NCBI GenBank assembly: GCA_039714795.1
Contig: JBDLIP010000002.1
Coordinates: forward strand, 1-47,061
Source of the DNA: Pseudomonadota bacterium
GTDB lineage: Bacteria > Pseudomonadota > Alphaproteobacteria > JAGOMX01
Direction: 5' to 3'
Length of the DNA: 47,061 nt
Positions 18,360 through 26,220 of the stretch are shown here, one piece after another. The notes under the pieces are model-generated. The model was given only the letters and a program-made list of their open reading frames with translations. It did not search any database and had not been told where the DNA came from. Made by a program: the position numbers and the translations under genes. Position 1 is the stretch's first letter. Each line of letters starts with the position of its first letter.

Positions 18360-18534
18360 ACAAATTCTGCTGTTTATCTATCAATATTTGCATAACCACT
18401 ATGCAAGTATTGGTATTGTTTTTCCCAAAATTTTATATTAGAAAATAAAAATCAAAAAACAAAAGAGGAACACAAACAATGCAAAGATCTCATTCTAAGA
18501 ATATTCTAAAGTATGGATCATTAAAGGACCTTTA

Positions 18535-20250
18535 ATGAACACCTACCACACGCAAAACCTTACACCAGATTTTGATTTTATTCAGACCCTCGTTGATGAG
18601 TGTCTGATTTCAAAGGCACAACTTGCCATTGCAAAAAAGGAGCACCGTGCCACTGGCAACACGATTGAATCGTGCCTGTTAAAACTTGGCTTCATCACCG
18701 AGCATGCGCTTGCAACTTACATTGCTAAACACTCTGGGCATGAGAAAATCTCGCTAGAGAACATTGTCCTAGACCCTGACCTAGTTGCAAAGATCCCAAA
18801 GAATATTGCTCAACAGCACCAAGTAGTTCCTGTGGCCTTAAATGAAAACCGCCTAACCCTTGCAATGGCTGATGTTTACGACGTGGTTGCCATGGATGCG
18901 GTACGCAATCATTTCTACCAGAGCATCAAAATACACCCCCTCGTTGCCAACCAAGGCGAGATGAAGATAACTCTAAATGCATACTACAACCACGATATGA
19001 ATCTTGAGCAGATCTTCCAGGAGCTTGAAAAACAAAGGGACGATTCTCTTTCTCGAGATACAAGCCTGAAAAACCCAATCACTCGTATGGTCAATATCAT
19101 CCTGCTTGAGGCGGTTAGCAAAAATGCATCTGATATTCATTTTCAACCCTCCAAATCATTTGTCTGCCTTAAGTTTCGGATCGATGGTGTCTTAGAACAA
19201 AGAACCGTCTTTCATAGCGATTACTGGCCTAAAATCTGTGTCCGACTCAAAATCATGGCCAAGATGAACATCGCTGAGTCACGTAAGCCGCAAAATGGAA
19301 GATTTACGTATAACGCAGGACTTCGAGCAGTTGATTTTCGAGTTTCCGTTCATCCCACACTGCAAGGAGAAAATATTGTCCTGCGTGTTCTTGATAAAGA
19401 AAACTCACTGTTACCCCTCAACCAACTCGGATTTTCAACCGCAAATATGGATCGCCTGAAAAATCTAGCCAATCAACCCCAAGGACTCGTTATCTTGACA
19501 GGACCTACGGGCACGGGCAAGACAACCACATTATATTCTATCCTCGCGTACCTAAACACAGCTCGCCGCAACATTATGACACTGGAAGATCCTATCGAAT
19601 ATCAAATCCCCTCAATTCGCCAATCAGCTATTAACCAAATGGGTGGAACAACCTTTGCTCAAGGAGTCCGCTCACTCTTAAGGCAAGATCCGGATATCAT
19701 TTTCGTTGGGGAAATACGCGATGAGGACACGGCAACCATGGCGCTGAGAGCAGTAATGACCGGCCACCAAGTCCTGACCACACTCCACACCCAAGACTCT
19801 TTTGGTGTTATCCCTCGTCTGGCTGATTTAGGAATTTCCCCGAAAAACTTGGCTGGCTATCTAACAGGTGTTGTCTCTCAGCGCCTGATACGATTGCTGT
19901 GCCAGACTTGCAAATCCCAACGTGCCATAACCAGATCTGAACAAAAAATATTAAAGCTTCATCTTGAGCAAAAGCTTTTTGCGGCCCAGGGGTGCGATGA
20001 GTGCAGGCACACTGGATTTAAAGGACGGACTGCAATTACAGAAGTCCTCCACTTTACAGAAGAGCTCAATGAGCTCCTCATTAACAATGCTCCTCTACCC
20101 AAATTGCGCAAAAAAGCCAAGCTGACTGGATTTAAAAACTTAAAACAACAGGGATTACAAAAAATCTTGGAAGGGAAAACAACCCTAAACGAATTAAAAC
20201 GTGTCATCAGCATTATTGAACCAAGTGAGGCAGACAATGCCAAGGTTTAA
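18535..20250 (+). CDS. GspE/PilB-family secretion ATPase
   Basis: 571 aa. N-terminal T2SSE_N-like domain, Walker A GPTGTGKTT, Asp box IMTLEDPIEY, Walker B DPDIIFVGEIRD, His box GHQVLTTLHT, and tetracysteine CQTC...CDEC. Confidence 0.93.
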   Translation: MNTYHTQNLTPDFDFIQTLVDECLISKAQLAIAKKEHRATGNTIESCLLKLGFITEHALATYIAKHSGHEKISLENIVLDPDLVAKIPKNIAQQHQVVPVALNENRLTLAMADVYDVVAMDAVRNHFYQSIKIHPLVANQGEMKITLNAYYNHDMNLEQIFQELEKQRDDSLSRDTSLKNPITRMVNIILLEAVSKNASDIHFQPSKSFVCLKFRIDGVLEQRTVFHSDYWPKICVRLKIMAKMNIAESRKPQNGRFTYNAGLRAVDFRVSVHPTLQGENIVLRVLDKENSLLPLNQLGFSTANMDRLKNLANQPQGLVILTGPTGTGKTTTLYSILAYLNTARRNIMTLEDPIEYQIPSIRQSAINQMGGTTFAQGVRSLLRQDPDIIFVGEIRDEDTATMALRAVMTGHQVLTTLHTQDSFGVIPRLADLGISPKNLAGYLTGVVSQRLIRLLCQTCKSQRAITRSEQKILKLHLEQKLFAAQGCDECRHTGFKGRTAITEVLHFTEELNELLINNAPLPKLRKKAKLTGFKNLKQQGLQKILEGKTTLNELKRVISIIEPSEADNAKV

Positions 20251-21448
20251 ATTCCGTTTTGTTACGACCTCTGGGGCCATTGATAATGCAATCCTTGAGG
20301 CAGCCTCTTATCAAGATCTCTTGGTATCACTACAACGTGAAAATGTACAACTAATTTATGCCAGGCGCCTTGTCTTGGATGTGTCTCCCTTCTGGCACAA
20401 ATATTGGACTGACTTCAAACCCGAGCTTATTGATTTTTGTCAATTTGCCGCAGCTATGGATAGAGCTGGTGTTGCCTTGCTGGATATCCTAAGTGATGCG
20501 CGCCATGTGGTCCAAAACAAAAGACTTGCTCAAGTCCTGCTTGAAATTCGCGCTCGTATCCAGGAAGGAGCTGCGTTATCGCAAGCGCTTGCACTTTTCC
20601 CCTACATCTTTGACTCCCCCTTCATTCAAATGATTCGCATCAGCGAACAAACCGGGCAATTGCACCAGGCTTTTGAGCATCTTGTTGAACATCTTGAGTG
20701 GGAAGTCAGTATAAAATCCAATCTGCATGCAACCCTTCGGTACCCTCTGCTTGTCATGCTAACGCTCGGAGTCACTTTTGTAGCATTATCCAATTTTCTC
20801 CTGCCAGAGTTGCAAGCTTTTCTCATTGCTACCCAAATCCAAACAGCATGGCACACTCAGCTTCTTTTCTATATTTTTGAACACACCGCAGATTTATTGC
20901 TTGTACTCTTTGCACCCTTGATTCTCACAACAATTCTGTGCGCCTTCCTGAGATACACATCTCAGCAATTTAGCTTATTTTCCGACCGACTGGTCCTTCG
21001 TATCCCCTTCCTGGGCGCATATCTCACCCACATTGCCCTGGCCCGTTTCTTCCACTATTTTTTCAGTACATTTGCTGCTGGAATTGATGTTTTGCAATGC
21101 CTAGAAGTTGCAATACATTTTCTCTCGAATCACTTTTTAGCCCATGAATTGAGTAGAGTTCGCCTTGCAATCGAATCAGGTGGCTCACTTGCTGAATCAT
21201 TTGCAAAAAGCTCCATCTGTTGTATCAGTACACAACGCTTACTCTATGCTGGAGAAACAACTGGTCAGTTGCAAGTATTTCTTGCCCGCATTCGAAACCT
21301 GCATGAAGCACAGTCCAAACGAAAGGTAAAATTTCTGATCTACAGTCTTGGACCCTGCTTACTGTTATTATCCGGTACTTTTCTGATGTGGATCGTCATG
21401 GCTATTTTTCAGCCCCTTTATACCTCATTCATTCTTCTGGAGCCTTAA
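20237..21448 (+). CDS. GspF/PilC-family inner-membrane platform protein
   Basis: About 403 aa with a duplicated T2SSF-like architecture and three or more hydrophobic segments. N-terminus FKFRFVTTSGAIDNAILEAAS is typical of the family. The ATG at 20237 overlaps the ATPase gene by 14 nt. Confidence 0.85.
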   Translation: MPRFKFRFVTTSGAIDNAILEAASYQDLLVSLQRENVQLIYARRLVLDVSPFWHKYWTDFKPELIDFCQFAAAMDRAGVALLDILSDARHVVQNKRLAQVLLEIRARIQEGAALSQALALFPYIFDSPFIQMIRISEQTGQLHQAFEHLVEHLEWEVSIKSNLHATLRYPLLVMLTLGVTFVALSNFLLPELQAFLIATQIQTAWHTQLLFYIFEHTADLLLVLFAPLILTTILCAFLRYTSQQFSLFSDRLVLRIPFLGAYLTHIALARFFHYFFSTFAAGIDVLQCLEVAIHFLSNHFLAHELSRVRLAIESGGSLAESFAKSSICCISTQRLLYAGETTGQLQVFLARIRNLHEAQSKRKVKFLIYSLGPCLLLLSGTFLMWIVMAIFQPLYTSFILLEP

Positions 21449-21451
21449 AAA

Positions 21452-22708
21452 ATGTTGCGTCCTAAATCAGGAATCATTCTCATTCTTCGTGAATACAATT
21501 GCACGATGCTACAATTTTCTCCCAATAATCCAGTTCACATTCGGCATGCAAATGAGCCTGAGTCTCTCTCAGATTATCTCAACCAACATCCCAATCTACC
21601 TCTCTATGTGCTGTTGGATCCTGTATATCAATCAATCGAACATTTTCCCTTGCCACCTCTAAAACCCTGGGATCGATACCTCTATTTACGTCAACTGCTT
21701 ACAAATCGTCAAACAGCAAACCAGTTGTGTGGCAATTTACCTGTTTGCAAACCCTACACAACAGCAGGATTCGTCACGTGTGAGAGGACTCAAGCGCTTA
21801 CAGCATGGCTAAAGTTGTTGGAAAAAACCTTGCACCCAATTATCGGTATCTCTTTCAAATGCATTGAAGCTCTCCATTGGCTCAAACGCGTTATACCCAC
21901 GTGGAATCAAAATTGGCATATCTTAATCTGTCCAGAGTATAGTCAGGGCCTTACACAACTTGCGTTTTATCAAGGGCAACTATGGGTAGTACGTCAAACA
22001 AGCAACCACGACGCCCAAGAAGAACTACAAGCGACACTCAACTATATTCGAAAACTCAAGCATACTTCAGCGCAACGAATCTCAGTCCACATCATGGACC
22101 AGGCAACGGCTGCTACTTCACTTTCTAAAATCTTAGGCCCACAAACAACGTGCGACTATATAGATTGCCCAAAATACCTTGAAAGCGATATAGGTAATTT
22201 ACCAGAGCAAAAATTCATACTAGATACAGCTATTAGCACCAGTCTGTGGCATGCTAGAGGTCCAAATACCCACGTAAAAGTTACTGAACTTGCAAGCAAA
22301 AAACGACTTTATACGCTACCACGATATATGCTGTCGATGGGATCCAGCCTGATGATATTATTTTTACTCGGCCTTGGTTGGATGCAACAAAGTCAAGAAA
22401 TAGTAACACCAACAGCTTCCTCACATGTATCAATTTCTGCTACCTGCAGGAAGTTTAATCTGAGTCAAATTACGCCTATGCGACAACTCAAGGCAATTGC
22501 ACCCGTTTTGAACTCCACGGGCTTGATAAAAATTCAGTGGGAAAATACCGCAGGTGGCAGCCACATTAAATTGCTGATGGATGTAAGCGATAAAAACACC
22601 CTGCGCAATTTGAAGAAAATCCAAAAACAGCTTGACCAAAAAGTACCAGAAGCGACGTTACAACTAAGACCAGTAAAAAATCTTAAGCTTATGGATACAC
22701 AAATCTGA
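21452..22708 (+). CDS. hypothetical bitopic protein, PilM-PilN fusion-like or GspL-like
   Basis: About 290 aa cytoplasmic region, one TM helix at about residues 293-311 (MLSMGSSLMILFLLGLGWM), and about 105 aa periplasmic. The cytoplasmic part shows actin-fold-like strand patterns (GIILILRE, LYVLLDP, IIGISFKCIEAL, WHILICPEYSQGLTQLAFYQGQLWVVRQ). Starts 3 nt after the platform gene stop. Confidence 0.6.
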   Translation: MLRPKSGIILILREYNCTMLQFSPNNPVHIRHANEPESLSDYLNQHPNLPLYVLLDPVYQSIEHFPLPPLKPWDRYLYLRQLLTNRQTANQLCGNLPVCKPYTTAGFVTCERTQALTAWLKLLEKTLHPIIGISFKCIEALHWLKRVIPTWNQNWHILICPEYSQGLTQLAFYQGQLWVVRQTSNHDAQEELQATLNYIRKLKHTSAQRISVHIMDQATAATSLSKILGPQTTCDYIDCPKYLESDIGNLPEQKFILDTAISTSLWHARGPNTHVKVTELASKKRLYTLPRYMLSMGSSLMILFLLGLGWMQQSQEIVTPTASSHVSISATCRKFNLSQITPMRQLKAIAPVLNSTGLIKIQWENTAGGSHIKLLMDVSDKNTLRNLKKIQKQLDQKVPEATLQLRPVKNLKLMDTQI

Positions 22709-23157
22709 TGTGGAGACAATATTGGTTAGCCTGCCTCATATGCTTTGGCGCCCTGCCCACAGCCGGTTACTACTTCTGCTTGATCGCATGGGGTAGTCAG
22801 CACAAAAAGGAAGTTCTAAACACATTGCCTGAGACTCCAAATTCCCAACTCATCGTTGAAACACTGAAATCAATGCTGAAAGATTTTGAACTCACAGAAA
22901 AATCTATCCATGTCGACACTATACCAAAATATCAATTGACAGTTTTTAAGATTGATATCTCTTTTACTGCAATCTATGACAATGATGTCTATAGATTTCT
23001 CCACCAACTTTTTGGGCGGTTTCCCGAAACAGTTACCGCTAAAACCCTCAAACTCAAACGCACTTCACTTGGAAAACAAATTGAAAAGGCACCATTGTCT
23101 GATCACGTTGCTGGTTATCTCCAGTTGTATTGGATACAGCCACCACTTGTTCAATGA
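22708..23157 (+). CDS. hypothetical bitopic protein, PilO/GspM-like by size and topology
   Basis: 149 aa with an N-terminal TM helix (YWLACLICFGALPTAGYYFCLIAW). The start overlaps the upstream stop as TGATG. Confidence 0.5.
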   Translation: MWRQYWLACLICFGALPTAGYYFCLIAWGSQHKKEVLNTLPETPNSQLIVETLKSMLKDFELTEKSIHVDTIPKYQLTVFKIDISFTAIYDNDVYRFLHQLFGRFPETVTAKTLKLKRTSLGKQIEKAPLSDHVAGYLQLYWIQPPLVQ

Positions 23158-23588
23158 AGTTTTCAATGAAGTTAACGCAGCAACTCGTTGTGCTTATCTT
23201 AGCCACTCTTTCCTCATTTCCCACTGAAGCAACTGTCTTCTTAGGAAAAGCCCTTGATTTTACTGATAAAGATGATTTTTCTCTCCTGTTTACCCCGGAA
23301 GAGCAATACCAAATCAAAAGTACAAACCGCAGGGCACACATTCGTGCAAAAACACCAATTCACCAAGCCAAACAGCTGCACCTCAATGCTGTTTTATATG
23401 TGGATGAAAACAACTGGACCATTTGGATCAATGGACATAAAATCACTCCCAATTCTCCAAATGTTCACCTGATCATTCACAAAGTATCATCCGAACACAT
23501 CCTGTGTACTTGGAAGCATACAACACAAAATTACGAGGTAGAGTTACGAACAAACCAAATGTTTAAGGTTAATGCAGTACATCAGTGA
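23154..23588 (+). CDS. secreted hypothetical protein, PilP/GspC-HR-like
   Basis: The start overlaps the upstream stop as ATGA. Signal peptide MKFSMKLTQQLVVLILATLSSFPTEA. The C-terminal beta-rich block LHLNAVLYVDENNWTIWINGHKITPNSPNVHLIIHKVSSEHILCTW resembles the secretin-contacting PilP/GspC HR fold pattern. Confidence 0.5.
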   Translation: MKFSMKLTQQLVVLILATLSSFPTEATVFLGKALDFTDKDDFSLLFTPEEQYQIKSTNRRAHIRAKTPIHQAKQLHLNAVLYVDENNWTIWINGHKITPNSPNVHLIIHKVSSEHILCTWKHTTQNYEVELRTNQMFKVNAVHQ

Positions 23589-23623
23589 TGGTCAGATCTA
23601 TCCCCATTCTTAATCCCACTTGA

Positions 23624-23920
23624 AACGTCGAAGAGCTAAAAATATTCGGTGTTTCTCGATCTCTGACATATCGTTGGATACGTGACGAGGCTGAAGTCTC
23701 TGGTGATATTACCGAAGTAGAATTTGATGAGATGTGGCGTTTTGTTGGTTCAAAAAAAAACAAAAAATGGATTATCAAAGCGGTAGATAGTGGCACAGGG
23801 CGAACTTTGGCCTGGGTTGTCGGGCAGCCTTGATGCTGCAACTTTCAGGCGACCCTACAACAAAGTGAAGCATTCAGAAAACTGCACTTTTTGGGATAGT
23901 TCAAACGCCATGCCGAGGCT
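23624..23920 (+). pseudogene. IS1-family transposase remnant (frameshifted and truncated)
   Basis: Frame 1 reads ELKIFGVSRSLTYRWIRDEAEVSGDITEVEFDEMWRFVGSKKNKKWIIKAVDSGTGRTLAWVVGQP then stops. After a frameshift it reads DAATFRRPYNKVKHSENCTFWDSSNAMPRL. This gives an HTH plus the DEMW.FVGSKK..W first-Asp region typical of IS1-type transposases. The rest is missing, and the fragment abuts the folC stop. Confidence 0.7.
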
Positions 23921-25143
23921 TAAGCTGAATGATGGAACCCTTCCTGCAGCACCCGAAGGGCCTGTCCCACAAGCATCAATGAACCACAGATCAAAATAGT
24001 TTGTGTGTTTGACTTGGTGTTCTGCGCTTGTGTAAGTGCAGCTTGGAAATCACCAAACACATGAGCCTTCAGTCCGATTTTCTTTGCTATATCCCTTATT
24101 TTGTGCGGTGGCCACGTGGGTTGGAAAGTGTTTAAAGGCACACAGTAGATATACCGAATCACATCTTTGAGTGCCAACAAAAATTCTTTTGGATCTTTTG
24201 TTTGGGTCATTGCAAGAATCAGAGTAAGGTTATCAATACCCGAATTTTTAAAATGTTTTGTGATAGCTTTAGCAGCTCCTACATTATGGGCTCCATCGAG
24301 CCAGAGTTTATCTGTAATTTTTTGCAGACGGCCTGGCCATTGTGCATGTTTGAGGCCATGAGCTTGCATCTCAGGGGTAAGCGTCACCTGGGGGATATTT
24401 TCAAGAACATGGACGGCCAGTGCGGCATTTTCTCGTTGAAACTGGCCTTTAAGGCCAATGAGTGCGCCTTTATTCAATGGTGGGGCAACAGATAAAAGTC
24501 CTCCAGATTCTCGCTGCAGAATATTCATTATGTTCTTTCGTTGGGGATAGGTAAAAGCAGGTGTGTTATTTCGGAAAATACCTGCTTTTTCTTGGGCGAT
24601 TTTGGTAAGCGTATCGCCCAATATGTGGGTATGGTCATAATCAACTTGTGTAATAACAGAAGCGACTGTATGTTTAATGATATTGGTAGGATCACACCGT
24701 CCTCCAAGGCCAACTTCAGCCAAGCAAAAATCCGCTGGGGTGTTTGCAAAAGCGACAAATGCAGCAGCTGTTATAACTTCAAAAAAGGTATAGGGCTGAT
24801 CTGGATTTACTTTGAGAATCTCTGCAAGAATGTTGCATAACTCTTGGGTGTTGATGGGACCATCCGGCATAGCAATACGTTCGTTGATATCGATTAAATG
24901 CGGAGAGGTATAGCTGTGCACGCGGTAATTGCTGGCCTCAAGCATGGCTCTCATAAACGCAACGACTGATCCTTTTCCGTTGGTTCCAGCCACATGAATG
25001 ACTGGTGGGACGTGGTTTTGAGGATTACCAAGCTGATTTAAAAGAGCTCTCATGCGGACGAGATCTTTGGACTGTTTTAAAGCAGCGCAATGCCGTTCAA
25101 GTATTTTTCCAACGAGAGACTGCAAATCTGAAGAATCGTTCAC
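23920..25143 (-). CDS. folC: bifunctional folylpolyglutamate synthase/dihydrofolate synthase
   Basis: 407 aa. P-loop HVAGTNGKGS. Lies downstream of accD, the conserved accD-folC pair. Confidence 0.93.
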   Translation of the reverse strand: MNDSSDLQSLVGKILERHCAALKQSKDLVRMRALLNQLGNPQNHVPPVIHVAGTNGKGSVVAFMRAMLEASNYRVHSYTSPHLIDINERIAMPDGPINTQELCNILAEILKVNPDQPYTFFEVITAAAFVAFANTPADFCLAEVGLGGRCDPTNIIKHTVASVITQVDYDHTHILGDTLTKIAQEKAGIFRNNTPAFTYPQRKNIMNILQRESGGLLSVAPPLNKGALIGLKGQFQRENAALAVHVLENIPQVTLTPEMQAHGLKHAQWPGRLQKITDKLWLDGAHNVGAAKAITKHFKNSGIDNLTLILAMTQTKDPKEFLLALKDVIRYIYCVPLNTFQPTWPPHKIRDIAKKIGLKAHVFGDFQAALTQAQNTKSNTQTILICGSLMLVGQALRVLQEGFHHSA

Positions 25144-25146
25144 AAC

Positions 25147-25998
25147 TTACGATTGGCGCAAAAGTTTTAAGAGCACACCAAGGGTGTTTTTAAGGTCCGC
25201 GCGAGCGACCACGCGGTCAACCATGCCATGTTCAAGCAAATACTCTGCCGTTTGAAAGTTGGGTGGTAGTTGGGTGCCGATGGTTTCTTTGATGACACGG
25301 GGACCTGCAAAGCCAATCATTGCTCCCGGTTCGGCAAGTGTTATATCTCCAAGCATAGCAAAGGAAGCAGCCACTCCACCACTGGTGGGGTCAGCAAGCA
25401 CTGTGATATAGGGCAGCCCTTTTTCTTTGACCTGAGAGATAGCAATGGTTGTTCTGGCCATTTGCATCAAAGAAAGGATCCCTTCGTGCATACGAGCACC
25501 GCCTGATGCGGGGATGACCACTAGGGCAGCTTTGCTGGCTTGTGCTGCTTCAGCAGCAGTGACAATAGCTTCACCGACAGCCGTGCCCATAGAGCCTCCT
25601 ATAAAAGCAAAGTTGAAAGCAGCAATGATGACCTTTTGACCACTTATTTTACCACGCCCTACTTGGATGGCATCTTTGGTATTTGTTTTGTTTTTGGCTT
25701 GCTTGAGTCTATCTGAATATTTCTTTTGATCCTTGAAATGTAAAGGATCAGTAATTACAGCTGGTAGTTTGAGGACTGTGTACTGGCTATCATCAAACAA
25801 GCTTTGTAAGCGGTCTTTGCTATCCATTCGAAAATGATGGTTACAAAGTTTACAAACTTGCAGATTATCATTGAGCTCTCTGTGGAACAGCATCTGCTCG
25901 CATCCAGAACAACGAGTCCAAAGATTGTCAGGGATGTCTGCTTTAACTAGGGCCCTTAACTTTGGGCGCACAATATTGGTCAGCCAACTCATATCCAA
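25147..25998 (-). CDS. accD: acetyl-CoA carboxylase carboxyltransferase subunit beta
   Basis: N-terminal zinc ribbon CSGCEQ...CKLCNHH and the carboxyltransferase block GGSMG...GGARMHEG. Confidence 0.96.
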   Translation of the reverse strand: MDMSWLTNIVRPKLRALVKADIPDNLWTRCSGCEQMLFHRELNDNLQVCKLCNHHFRMDSKDRLQSLFDDSQYTVLKLPAVITDPLHFKDQKKYSDRLKQAKNKTNTKDAIQVGRGKISGQKVIIAAFNFAFIGGSMGTAVGEAIVTAAEAAQASKAALVVIPASGGARMHEGILSLMQMARTTIAISQVKEKGLPYITVLADPTSGGVAASFAMLGDITLAEPGAMIGFAGPRVIKETIGTQLPPNFQTAEYLLEHGMVDRVVARADLKNTLGVLLKLLRQS

Positions 25999-26127
25999 AA
26001 CCTACTTAAAATACTGGTGAATACGTCACTCTACCAACATACCTATTGGTGATCAAGCGAACAGCTATACATCACAGGGCTGATGCATCAAAATTCAACC
26101 CCGACTGCCGTCAGCCCGTACGTTAGC

Positions 26128-26162
26128 TTTGAAACTCAACATTTTGATTCAGCACGGGTATA
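26128..26162 (-). repeat. MITE/RPE-like element, terminal fragment only
   Basis: AAACTCAACATTTTGATTCAGCACGGGTATA is identical to the right end of the copy at 27463-27581. Confidence 0.75.
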
Positions 26163-26220
26163 TGGCTTTCACTGCACCTGTAGCCAGCATTTGCGGTCAA
26201 CCCTGCAGATGCGGTTTTTT

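Noticed and set aside
18535-18900. Claiming the ATPase N-terminus is a c-di-GMP-binding MshEN domain
   Set aside because: The hydrophobic spacing fits, but the leading RLG of the first repeat and the conserved Gly are replaced (DFIQTLVDECLI). Binding cannot be asserted from sequence alone, so it is kept only as a hypothesis under the GGDEF finding.
23790-23999. 69-aa ORF overlapping the folC 3' end
   Set aside because: Its first half is the frameshifted continuation of the IS1 transposase remnant, and its second half is antisense to folC. It is not an independent gene.
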